This document shows, in pieces, positions 20,140-31,848 of a DNA stretch of 64,000 nt; within the stretch, counting starts at the first letter, position 1; each line of letters starts with the position of its first letter. The notes beneath the pieces are model-generated. The model worked only from the letters and a program-made list of their open reading frames with translations, was not told the DNA's origin and made no database searches. Both the position numbers and the translations under genes were made by a program. Origin of the DNA: Mayamaea pseudoterrestris (taxonomy: Eukaryota). The stretch lies in assembly GCA_027923505.1 (NCBI GenBank), contig BROI01000002.1:1426001-1490000 (forward strand), written 5' to 3'.

Positions 20140-20721
20140 ATGGGAGGCAGTCGGACAGATACACACCGAAGACCCATGTTGCGTCTCTTCGGTCGGTCAT
20201 CGCCACGCCCTTCTAGCAATAATCTGCAGGCAATGGGAGGCAGCGAAGACCCTGCCATGCTCACAGTGCCTTCCCCCGACAAACCAGACGGCATTCGCGA
20301 TCGATGTCGAAGCGTACCAAACCTTCACCTTTACTCACAAGAGACAAGAACAAGACAACGACATGTCAAGCGAGTCTCATTTACGGCGCTGGAAGTTCGA
20401 GAGTATAACATTTGCGTCGGCGATCATCCTTGCTGCCAAGTCGGCGTCCCAATCAGTCTTGGTTGGGATTATGAGGACAAGGGAGTCATCGCATCATTAG
20501 AGGATTACGAGCTAATGCGCTGTCCCCGTCGCGATCGCGTGGAGCTACGAAAGTCAGCAGAGGAGCGTCGACAGATGCTTGTCAATGCAGGAGCGCCTGA
20601 GGAAGAATTGCGGAAGGCGCAGCGACAGCTGCAGCGGGCCCGTAGCTGCTCGGCAAAGCTGTCGGAGCGCATGAACGAGACGTTTTTCGCAGCTTCAATT
20701 ATTGACTCTGAAGAAGAGTAG
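20140..20721 (+). CDS. Stramenopile hypothetical protein with V.F..V.VREY...GDHP....G.PISLGW motif (CSRNP-N-like)
   Basis: KRVSFTALEVREYNICVGDHPCCQVGVPISLGWDY...SLEDYE..R..RR...L....EER matches a family commonly expanded in diatoms. Confidence 0.7.
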   Translation: MGGSRTDTHRRPMLRLFGRSSPRPSSNNLQAMGGSEDPAMLTVPSPDKPDGIRDRCRSVPNLHLYSQETRTRQRHVKRVSFTALEVREYNICVGDHPCCQVGVPISLGWDYEDKGVIASLEDYELMRCPRRDRVELRKSAEERRQMLVNAGAPEEELRKAQRQLQRARSCSAKLSERMNETFFAASIIDSEEE

Positions 20722-21142
20722 TACAACATATTGTTTATAATCAACTCTTTGGCTATGAATTGATTAGTGTGTACAGTAGCGATTTGTATGCCATTGCTTG
20801 GCTTGCTACTCGCTGCCTACCGATCGGCGTCTTTAAACTCTGTGCAGCTGTACGGCATGTCAGAATGGTTCCTTGCTTCTCATGAGCAACAGCCTTACTA
20901 ATTATCTAATCCCAGAATGCTACGAAGTTAAAAGTTTTCGATCAAGACGATAAGCCGTGAGAATTTTACGTCGTTTTTCAATGGCGAGTCCAGCAGTTAA
21001 GCGAGATTATGGCGCCGTGCACGAGACAAATAGCACCCACCAAATGATCGCGCCAATGGCACTTGCAATCGAGATTTCTTAAACGTTCGAAATTTTATTC
21101 GGGCAAATTGCACTTAGTGAGTTTGTGAGTAGGAGAAGCAAA

Positions 21143-21886
21143 TCAGATGAGCCCTTTCTCACGTAACAAACCCGAGTAAAGCACTTTTGACTGATCTAAT
21201 GCGTGAGGGACTGTTTCAGGGGGGCAAAGAACGACTTGTTTAGATGTTTCGTCCCATATTGCGGTCTGAACAACCTCACAAAGGATAGCGACATGGTCGC
21301 CTGCCTCAATGCACTCTTTCGCTCGCAGGTGAATATACGAAATGCAGCCTGGAAGAACACTAACATCGCCAAAAGGATGATCACCAATCCATGAATATCC
21401 CAACATTGAACAACCGTGAGCTTTGTTTACGCTAGTGTCGTATCCAGATTGCTTTCCCAATACTGCGACTAAAGTCTACTGTTCTGGCCCCAGCAGCTGC
21501 AGTATGCCTCCACCATTCGCCAAGAAGGAATCCTTAGTCAGTGTGCCATGAAAAAGCGAAACGATCCATAGCTTGGGCGACGCAACCGACACGGGTATGG
21601 CGTACGTGACAATGTTCATCGAAGTTGCATTCGATTCGTCCTCATTTTTGGTTAAGTTTGTCGCCGCTGCAAGCGACCAGACAGGGAGCGAGATTGACGG
21701 GGGCGGAGGAACCAAATTTCTGTTCGTCTGACACAAAACTGTGTTTAATAAGTGCTTGTGCTCTTGTTGAATACTTTGGCTCATCGGTGCCGACGGCGAA
21801 ATGAATGCTGTTGCTGATTTTGCGGTTCTTGTAATGATACATGCACTAGTGATGAGTGTCGACTCGATGATACGGTGCAGCCTCAT
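21143..21886 (-). pseudogene. Flavin-reductase-like (split-barrel FMN-binding) gene with plastid presequence, interrupted by an in-frame TAG at 21476-21478
   Basis: Two ORFs lie in the same frame five codons apart: MNIVTYAIPVS..PKLWIVSLFHGTLT...GILQLLGPEQ*TLVAVLGKQSG...AGDHVAILCEV. The leader ends ATA-F. Confidence 0.75.
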
Positions 21887-22268
21887 CGAACTGATGTTAG
21901 CTAAAACCTTTAAACTCTCCTAGTTCCCAACAGAATGTTGTTCCCGTGAACTAAAAACATTATCGCATTTTGTGTGATCAAACGCAAGATCAAAAGCGTC
22001 GCGGTCGAGGATGGAAAAACTCAATAACGCTGCGACGTAGTCCTTCCAACAAGTCAGAGAAGCAAGAAGCAGTCAGAGAAGCTAAAATACCAATATTATT
22101 TTGAATGGATGCATTTATAAAGTAGAGCACTGCGACGTATGTCCATAACAGTAGCTCAAACCTGGCATGGAGTCGACCTGGCTTTGACAAAGCGTTTTTG
22201 TATTCACCTACCGGTAGCTGTATATTTTTAATCTATATCCCTATATCTATATTAGCACCATTTTGCTT

Positions 22269-22868
22269 TTATTCAGTTGTGTTCCTCCGATCAAGCTGCC
22301 GATGCGTCCGAGCATGGCAGCTTCGCGAGATGTCTCGGCCCCTGTATGGGCCAGCATCAAGAACCTTGATAGCATGACGCATGAGCTGAGTCCTGTAGAA
22401 CTCTGCTGCCTTTGTCTTGTAGCGGAGCTTGATAACATTTTCCTTTGTAATGCCTTGCGTACGTTCTGGACACGAATCCAATGTTAAATTGTGGCGTGCA
22501 AAGAACGCGGCAAGTTGCGTGTTGCCTCCTTCCAACATTTGAAGCAAATGTTCTGGCGACCATTCGTCCATGCCAACTGATCGCACGCAGCTGACTTGAA
22601 CGCCAAGCGAGCGATGATGACCACTGCATTGGAGGCAGAGCAGTGCTCCGTAATGAACGGCCGCCCATGTAGGATTCAAACCACCGCAGTCAACGCATTG
22701 ATGATTGCCAGCAATGGTCTTTAACACAGCCAAGCAAGCTGGAGGAAATGACGGAAAGCAGGAACTGCCATCTACTCGCACTTGCTCGATTTCATCGCTA
22801 GCCATATCGATCAATGTAGTGCGAGCATCATCAAAACGCTCTTCCTTCCATACCGCGGCTGGTGACAT
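22269..22868 (-). CDS. ArfGAP-domain protein
   Basis: GN..CVDCG..NPTWA.V.YG.LLCLQCSG.HRSLGV..S.VRS..MD.W zinc finger with the catalytic Arg, followed by M..GGN and Y...AA..YR. Confidence 0.92.
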   Translation of the reverse strand: MSPAAVWKEERFDDARTTLIDMASDEIEQVRVDGSSCFPSFPPACLAVLKTIAGNHQCVDCGGLNPTWAAVHYGALLCLQCSGHHRSLGVQVSCVRSVGMDEWSPEHLLQMLEGGNTQLAAFFARHNLTLDSCPERTQGITKENVIKLRYKTKAAEFYRTQLMRHAIKVLDAGPYRGRDISRSCHARTHRQLDRRNTTE

Positions 22869-23605
22869 GATGATGTCACGATAATTGAAGAGCAGTATCG
22901 TCGTCGTGCTACACGTATTAGACTCAAGAGCTTTGTTCTCTAATCGGAAAATCTGTGCCAGTCTCTGCAATGGACTAGTTCGAGGAGGGATGCAGCAGGC
23001 GGCAACGTTCTTTTCAGTCGACGTGGGGCTGCGACGCAGCGAGCGTTGAACTTGGAAGTCAAGTGTTGCGTCAATACTGTATCACTGTATCGGCTTTCGG
23101 TTGTGCTGGTATGTAGGAGCTGATTATAATGATTCAAGGCTGGTTGGATAAGAGCAATTGATGTGGGAAAGCGTACAGTTGTTGTGTCGAATGTAGGAGG
23201 CCGAGATTTGTTTGCAACGTGTGCATGTGCACCAAGCTCTTCGTCGACAACTCAAACGACTCGACACGAATCGACCACGATTAAATAATTCGGAAAACCA
23301 ATTGTGATTGTTCATTAACACTCTATATCTTACAGTGTAATTTTGTATCACTCAGACAGTGCAACTAGCTAACATCCGAATACCAAGTATGGAATTCCAG
23401 GGTCAGAGCACCAACTTAATATATGTGAGCCGACTATCGTAAGAACAAATGTACAGTATTACACAATTTAAGTAGTGCATGATTCTATTTTTTTTGTTTC
23501 AGTAATAGACAGCATGAATGTCAAAAATCTGTCCGTCATTGCTGCAGCCCTGCTGCCTGCTGCCATGCATTACCGCCAAGCTTCGTACTATCAACCGATA
23601 CTACA

Positions 23606-24163
23606 TCAGCTCTCGCACAGATTATTTCCATGCAATGATGCCACAAAATCGTCAAGAAATCGTTTCAGGTCCGACTCCGAGTAGAACATGTCGTCTTTTT
23701 CCGCAGTACAGGCGTATGTGTGGACGTTAGTGACCAGCACCTCCTTGAAACAAACAACTGTCTCCCTTGACTTCCCTTGGCGTTTCAAATGATAATCTCT
23801 ACGAAACGATCGAAATTCATTGTCATTGTAGTAAAGATCATTCTTCTCATCCCATGTAGTAGTCGGTCGAACAAATACATCCGTCACGATTGGATCGGCA
23901 AAGCTTACAGAGCCCGCTAGACAACTGTTTGACGATGATTCTGTACATGCAGAAGATGTCGACGCGGTATCATCGTCATCGCACTTGTTGAATGTAAACG
24001 CTAGAGGCATGCTTAGACAGAGCAGAGAGTCTCGATGCCCAATGAATGGCGTCAATGTGTCTGCGTCCAGCCTCCTTCGATGCCCTGGTTCATTCATAAC
24101 TGCAGCTCGAGCGCTTCGAGAGCAAGGTTGTGGCAGGCCAATGGTAGATAAAATGAAATTCAT
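23606..24163 (-). CDS. Hypothetical protein with two copies of a V.F...VT.V.....EK..L(Y/F)Y....F motif
   Basis: SVSFADPIVTDVFVRPTTTWDEKNDLYYNDNEFRSF and VVCFKEVLVTNVHTYACTAEKDDMFYSESDLKRF form an internal repeat. Confidence 0.7.
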   Translation of the reverse strand: MNFILSTIGLPQPCSRSARAAVMNEPGHRRRLDADTLTPFIGHRDSLLCLSMPLAFTFNKCDDDDTASTSSACTESSSNSCLAGSVSFADPIVTDVFVRPTTTWDEKNDLYYNDNEFRSFRRDYHLKRQGKSRETVVCFKEVLVTNVHTYACTAEKDDMFYSESDLKRFLDDFVASLHGNNLCES

Positions 24164-26940
24164 TGAACTGTTATTGAAAAAGCGAGAAAGGATGATGATA
24201 TGGCGGCCGTCGTCTCGAAGTTGGATGGCGGAAGGAAATTTGTGTCGATCGTAGGGAGAAACAGACTGCCACTCGGCGATTGCAGATTTACTTCAAGGGA
24301 CACGATTTCTTTACTCTCAGGCGACCCTAGAAGTAAGAGGGCTTATACTTCTGGTGAAACATCGAATTCACTTGAGCAGCGTGTCTGCCAAGTGGGATGC
24401 GAAATTATCAAAAAGTAAGCCACGTCGATTCACTATAATCAATATTGTACAACAATTGATAGACGGTGTCATGAAAACGACACGTCAGTTACATCTGGGC
24501 CATTGACAAAAGACGGAGCAGCATAAGTTGCCCGAAGGCTCACTCGTCCGCTTCGAACATGAAGATGACGCTTGTCAACAACTGGAACGAGTTTTATATT
24601 CCAACAGCCCTAGCATCAACTACCAGACGATAATTTTGCAACTGACAGCTAAGACAGCGATCCCTTTGCGCAGAAGATCGTCCTCGACACCGCGCTACGT
24701 ATTACGGATTACGGCAGGACAGAGCTTCGAGACCAAAGAAGTGTGACGAATGACGACGGGAGCGACTTAGGCGGCTTAAGTGACATGCATACTGTTGGCA
24801 CATTGCGGACGGACGAGGTTGACGTGTCGACGTGTACAAAGCTCTTCCGCTTCCGTCCGCCTCCCTTTTCGAAAAGCGAGTCTGCCCCTCCCACAGAGAA
24901 GCAAGCTCTAACAATCCCGATGGCATCTTCCTATTCATGACAAGGTTGAAGGAAAGGTTGACGGTGCACTTCTTCATCATTGTCTCTGACCAAAGGCCGC
25001 TCCAAAAGGCAATTAACGTCTTGTTTTGTAGGATTATTGGCAAACTTGAGCGTCATGCAGATATAATTCCCATTGATGCGTATCTCATCCGCACTCCTAT
25101 TCATGTCTCGAAAGATATTCTGCGCACGCGTTACGAAATGCCAGTTAAGCAATGCAGCAGACTCGATCAACGCCGGCAGCCTTGTCGGCTAACGCAATTA
25201 TACCACTCCCAATCTTGTCTTTACGAGGATCAGGTTGTTTACTGTAAAGGCCATATCCACTTGTTCTCTACGATGATCGAGAAGGATGGTTTCTATGATT
25301 GAAGGATCTTGTGGAATGGAAATGCGGCTTGGAACGACCAGTTTGGTGATTACGTTCCCCGTTCTTCTTGCTTCTGGTTAAGGAAGGATGCAGCGAATCC
25401 TTGAATAGCAATCCAGCCTCTCTGCCTTCAATGTATCAAAAGAACTAGCTCACTTGGTTCTATGTAAATAACAAAAACAATCAGTTACTGTTATACTAAC
25501 GTATGTGCGCTAATCTTTGAAACCCGTGAGATGTTTATTATGTTAGATTGGAATGAGGACAACTCGGCGTCTACGCAGAGTTCTCGCTACATGCTTGATA
25601 GTACATTGGCTGACTGCTTCGTCATGAGCAGCAAGAAGAAAAGACAATATGCGTTGCGCTTTATCCCGACGCGTTCAATTTACCCTGCGACCTCGAAGCA
25701 ACGTTGTTGCCGCTCCCGATGATTTGGCCGTTGGCCGTCGCTACACGCGTTTAAAAAGGTATGGACGATTTGTCATATTACACTCGTGCAGCCCTTGATT
25801 CAACACAACTTCAAGCACTAAGTGGTGGCTGCGCAGCAACCATCTTCCCATTCACAACAACTTGCTCTCCTTGCTGTAAAAGTATCATCTCGCTGGCACA
25901 GAAGCGGGCGATGGCTTTGGAGTGAGTGGCGCAGAAATTTACCGCAGCCAAACCACGCTCGTGCGCTGGCAGTACCAATCTAAGCAACTGGCCCGAGCTA
26001 GCTGTTTGACTCACAAGCAAGCCTCCTAAACACAACGGTGCAACTAACATCCCTTAAAAACGTCAAAGTCCTCTCCTTTCTTTCTACGTCTGGTGCGCGC
26101 CTTACAACTATCGACACAAAACGTCCATGGCAACAAAAGAAAAACATGCGAATTTTCCTAGCGCATAGCTTCGACGCAGCACTCGCCACACGCCTGGCTC
26201 AAACCCATCTACGGCGCCAAGCAGCAGTTCGCACCGGCCCCTTTGATGTCACGCTCCCGCTAATGATTCAACCTTTCTTAACTCTCAACGAAGATGCCTT
26301 AAAATGATCGTCTCCTAACATGAATATCTCCAAAGGGCAGTTGTCTCACCGGGCAGTTCGAGCGTGTTGGCCTAAAATCGAACACCCATAAAACCAAAGT
26401 CATGACCTGCTTTCCTGGCCAAATAAGTAGTCAGATCTCGGAACCTGTACAGGAACGGATGCGGGAAGAGATTCTTACCGCGAGCGGCAGCGCCGCCGCG
26501 TTCGCTGTTCCATTTGCGATCAAGATCTTGCCGCCAGGTCCCTCCGCATGCACTGCGGGCTCAGCATGGGCTGATTGGCACCAACACCCGGGTGAATCCC
26601 GTACTCTCACCCTTGCTATGAACAGCAGTGACGCTTCGTGACCTCTGTACCGCATTAAGGCTTTGTTGCCTCTGTCAACTGCAAGGTTAACGGATGTGCA
26701 TTAAGAGCTACAACTTGAAACAATCTACGTCGCCACTTCATGGACCGGCATGTAAGAGAATAATTCTTGATCCTGGAGGACGGACAGCATTGCTTTCGCG
26801 GTGCGATGATCACCAACGAATTGCTCATTGCCGCGAAGGGGCTGACCGCAAACGGCAGCAGGCATCTGCACTTGTGTACGGCAGCGAATGGTGGATCATG
26901 AGTCCCCTATGCTGAAGATGTTGCAGATAAACAATCTGAT

Positions 26941-27005
26941 TGCACGCCGGCTCTCAGGATGCATACCCCACTAACTGCACGCCGGCTTTTGGGCTGCGTG
27001 CCCCA
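26941..27005. repeat. Short imperfect direct repeat, 2 x 30 bp, period 35
   Basis: tgcacgccggctctcaggatgcatacccca / tgcacgccggcttttgggctgcgtgcccca. Confidence 0.7.
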
Positions 27006-27260
27006 TTTCTTCCACGGGAGAAGCAATTTCATAGGCAATGAATGTCGCCAGCCTGTTGCCGATTGAGGAGAATTACCAACATCGTTGCATCGTAGCCGCT
27101 GACTAAATCGCTATGCAGCCAATCTTTGAACTTTGCACAACCACAAAATGGATGTCTCTATCTTCCCGCGTGTGAGCAGCCGGATTATTCCCATCACCAC
27201 AATAACAGTTGTGGAGATACCCGGCTGGTTGCTGATCAAGGAGATTATTAGCAGACGTCG

Positions 27261-27597
27261 CAATGCAAACACTGACTTAATAACTACTAGGCTGATATTT
27301 GAATTTTGGAAATCCGCAGAGGCAAATGTCTGGGTTCTCCCGCGCACAGCGGTGGTGAGAGCAGCTTAAAGTAGAGAAACTGCCGGATTAAATAATTCAG
27401 TAAATTTTAAATGCAGCTCAACGACGCCTCCGACAAAATCAATGCAAACACTGACTAAATAACTACCTGGCCTATATTTGATTTTTTAAAAATCCGCAGG
27501 GGCGAATTTCTGGCTCCTCCCGCTCACAGCGGTGGTTATAACAGCTAAAGATAGAGTGCAGCGAAGTTTTAACGGCAGATCAACGATGCCTTCTACA
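27261..27597. repeat. Diverged tandem duplication, period about 179 bp
   Basis: caatgcaaacactgact.aataactac...aaatccgcag.ggc.aat.tctgg...tcccgc.cacagcggtggt...caacga.gcct starts at both 27261 and 27440. Confidence 0.85.
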
Positions 27598-29826
27598 TTT
27601 TAAAACAGTTATTTTCAAATAAATTGAAGATAAGCAACAGCATATATTTTTTGCTGCATTAATAATGTGTATATAGTCTTCTCAACAAATTTCAAGATTG
27701 GCTGGGCACCTTAGACTGCATGCGAATCATTGATTCGAAATTTTCAACGGCTGGTTCCAAATGATCATTTGGGACAAGGGTTTGGCCATGCAATAATATG
27801 ATGCGCCGCTGGCGCTCCAGTGGCACCATCTAGACAGATGTGGACCTTCACGCAGCACGCAGAAGGTATGTCATTGACGCCGTTACTGTACTTGAATGCC
27901 ATGGAGGGGTTTCACCTTGCCAAATACACAAAGCCGCAGCATAGTGTTGTTCGTTTTCGCCTTACAGTACTGAATAATGATGTCATAACGTTATTCAATC
28001 AATCCATTTGCGCTGCGCAATGGCCGACCAAAAAAATTCCAACCACCTTGGGTTGAGAGGATCGGATCTTTTTCCGTTCGCTTCTGCATGCAACTTTACA
28101 ACTTATCATTACCTTCTTCTTACCTTCTCCAGTTTCACTTCTTCTTGACATTCAGTTTCTTGACAGTCCATCATCTGATGCGCAGAGCCAGTCATGCGTG
28201 AAGCATTTGACTTGAAAGAGAAATTCATGTTCGATCTTGACGGATCGATGCTGGACTGCTGCACCGTTCAGATGATCATTAGCTGCTGGCACCTTGGTCA
28301 CCACGCACTGGCGACGGTGGAAGTGATCTGATGCTGATCCAGATGCCTGGCTATCTATGGCTATGAAGCACACGTTCGTGCCGACATCTCCTCATTCATT
28401 GCAGAAGAACCTCGACATATCCTCCTCAGCTGGATTGTATTGGATCAATGACGACGACATCTTGTAGATGACGGCAACGGGCAAACCCAGTTTCAGGCAC
28501 CGTCGGTCTGGTCGGCGTGTGGAACAGGCGGCGAACACGACTCCATTCTTACCGAGCCGAAACAACGCGACAAGGTCGTTTGCAGAATGCGTGTGAATTC
28601 TGGCACATCCGTCTACTTTTGCAAGCCCTTTGCGGCAAATGACTTGGAGTGTCCAAGCCACGGCGAGTGAAAACAAAAATTTGCAGTCTAGATGAGCTTT
28701 CATCGGACAATCGCTGATGGAATGGCGCCCAACTTGAGATTTGGAGATTACTACGAACAGTTCACTCGCGGAAGCGATGGCTTACAATATATCAACACTT
28801 TCGGTACCTTGTCATTCCATTTAGCATGCGACTTGTTAATGCTAGACTCGTCATGTGTCAACTGCCCAGGCTCGTGTTTCGTTGATGCCCCCAAGGTACT
28901 TGAGCAATTGGGCGTTGATGAATCGGGGCAGCAGAACAGTTCCTTACAATTGGGCGACCACTGCAAGCCTGGCCACTTGAACCTTACTTTTAGCTGGGTT
29001 GATTTGCGCTCCGTCAGCTTTGGAGATTCGAAACTTTCCGAGTAACATTGAAATAGTCACATTTTGACTATTGCACGAGGAATGGATGGAGCTGACACGC
29101 TCGACAACGGGCGATGGCAGTGGTGGGCTGAGCGTTGAGCGCTGAGCGCTGAGCGACGCGCACAATTCGCGAACGACTTGGTTTTCTCGACAAAATGATC
29201 TGGACGCCATATTCTTGCGAGTTGCCGGTGTGTTGCGCTTGGACGCAGCGCTCTTGGGGCACCGAACGAAAATGGACACTGAGCTCAAGTTGCAGAGTCC
29301 AATCGATGAAGACCTGCAGATTTTACGTAGTGGGAAGAAAAGAAATACAACGGCTTGTCGCAACTTTTCGATCCTACTAAGGGAAGCGGATTGGGCAAGG
29401 ACCACTCATCTCGCTCCTTTAACCTTTGCATATACCTCAACGACACGCCGCAAGGAGAAGATAAAAGCTGTCCTCGATGGCGCAACGGACATACAAGCGA
29501 GCCTTTCAGCGCTAACCTAGAAACATGACGACTCCGGACTCCGCAACATACTGCCCTTTGCGAATATTTGGATTCATGATCCAAATTGAACATAATCGTC
29601 GGTTTACTCAAGTAGTAAATGTGGATCTTGGTGCAGTCGGACGTAATTCCCTTTGGATTTTGCTCGCATTAGCAGAATGGAGGCAAGCATCGCTCTGCCG
29701 CACACTAGAAGTATACAAGCATGCGGTTTAGACCGTAGTCTACGCATGCGACAGGTTTCGCGCGATAGTATTTGCAGTGGATGGCAGTAGAGTGCTTTAA
29801 TGCATTACAATTGAGTTATTCTACGA

Positions 29827-31030
29827 TTATCGTTCATGTATGTCACATGAGGAGACGTCAACGGGTCCGCAAATGCTGTCGAGTAACATGTAATTCAGTT
29901 CCTGATTCGCAATCGACAGCAAATGATAGTCGTCATAGTACCAAGACCGTGGAAGACCAAGCGTTGGTTTCAGACGATCAAAAACTGGTGCCTCGCAGCC
30001 ATGCGCAGGTACTTGAGTATGATTTGACCCTTGCACCCAAGGATGTGATATGGCGGTTGCCTTCACGCCTGGGTTTTCACTCATGAACTGTTTAACGGCA
30101 CATCCAAAACGGGCAGGAGTTTCACCTTTCTCATGATGCCAGCCTGTACTGGCATAGACATGCTAGCTGGGGCACAATCTGTAGCAATGCATTGCTGGTT
30201 GACAATTTAATCGCGGGGGCATGGTAGCACTCGCCTGGCGCGCAGCGAGATGGCAAAGATGCATTGCCCATGCTATGGTTGCTACCGACGGCGCTTTCCC
30301 ACGGAGACAAGGGCGGAAACTCAGAGTGAAACAAAATTCGGTCAACAAAATTAAGGAGAAATGTCAATCGAAGTTGTCCGTAAGGCGTTGACCTGCCAAA
30401 GTACCGATTCTCGTGGGTGTGACGGGGCAGAAAATGATGGTGGCGATGGCAGTCACACGTATCATTCAAAGCTCTCGATGACATGTCGTACCAGTCATTC
30501 CAGGTCCAGCCTTTGCTCGATTCGTGGTCGATGAGAAAGCAGTTGGCGCTTTTGTTGAATGCAGACTGGTTATTGTTTGAGTCCAAATCCCTGTAATCTT
30601 CGCATCGGGGCCACTCGCCAGTGGCCAAATAGTCAGCAAGTGCAATATACTGATATCGGACACGGGAATCTCCGATGAGAACAACATGCTTCTTAGCCAT
30701 ACACTGCTGATATCCGATGTGTGATCGATAGAACTTGCCAACCGTTTTATTGTCAATAGCATGTACCTGACCATCACCAACATATCGCATCGTTCCGTTC
30801 AAATCAAGCGCCCACTTCAATGGTGACTCAAGAGTCTTGAGGATAGCATCGGCTGTGAATTTGGCCATGAAGCAAGTACCCAAATGCTCCGTGTCTTGCT
30901 CTTGCAGGTCGTGCCGATCCTCAAGTAGCGTGGTGGTCGTCTTGAGAAATAGCTTGTCAGTGAACATCTGGAAATTATACGTCATGGTCGAGATCGAAAA
31001 GAAGACAAGTGCTAGCCGCGAAAGAAGCAT
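29827..31030 (-). pseudogene. SGNH-fold (GDS...DxxH) type II membrane acyltransferase/esterase, frameshifted near 30163
   Basis: N-terminal hydrophobic segment and KHVVLIGDSRVRYQY. After QIVPQL a single frame change gives HVYASTGW...WYYDDYHLLSIANQELNYMLLDSIC, which supplies the DxxH catalytic motif. Confidence 0.75.
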
Positions 31031-31848
31031 TTTTAATATTGTTGTTGCAAAGATGAAAGGGAGACGAAATTATGACCTCGCGACGACTGAAGCAATGCTG
31101 CAAACACGATTGGCGTCGTGGAATCGGAAAGGATGCACGCCGAAGATGTTCTACACTGGTGAAAAAGAGAAATGGCTTATCCGATGACGGAACTTGGGGC
31201 TTACGCCGTTATGCCCATCGAGAGGCCCAGGGTCGAGAGAATCACTTTAGTTCGTCACTGGTGAAGACGGCAAGTTAATCGTCACTCACTGTCAATCGTG
31301 AAAAGCAGCGACAACAGCGCATGTGTTTCGGTAGTATAGCCACACGACACAGAGCAAGGGTCGATTTTAACTATCAGAAACACGGCATACTTAACCCAAA
31401 ATTCGCAGCATTAATCGGTTTATTGCTCACAGCTTGTCAAGCAAAACCTAACCTAACCCTAATAAGCTGGGTGCCGTCAGCGCACAGTTCCCTTTGCAGG
31501 CCTGTCAGCGGTCGATGCGAACAGACGTGTAGTTATACGCAAGCTTTCTGTTGGCCCGATCTACATAGTTGGATAAGCTTCCTTTTCTTGTTGCTTACAG
31601 GAGTGATGATGTCTCTCTAATACTACTACCGCGTACACAGAAGCTACCGGTGCGTTTGTTGACGTGCGTGACGGTCAGCACCGCTGCGACATAAGAAGAA
31701 CAGTTTCGAAATGGCGCGCCATGGCGCATGGACGACTGATGCACAATGAAAATCACCATCAACATTACAATGTGGACTTGTCCATAACTACACTGACTTG
31801 GTGGATTATAAAGCAGTATTTTCGGTGCTCGCGTCTGCCTGACAGTAA

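Noticed and set aside
24528..29520. Short ORFs as transposase or retroelement fragments
   Set aside because: No RT, integrase, DDE or gag motifs, LTRs or terminal inverted repeats were recognisable by eye.
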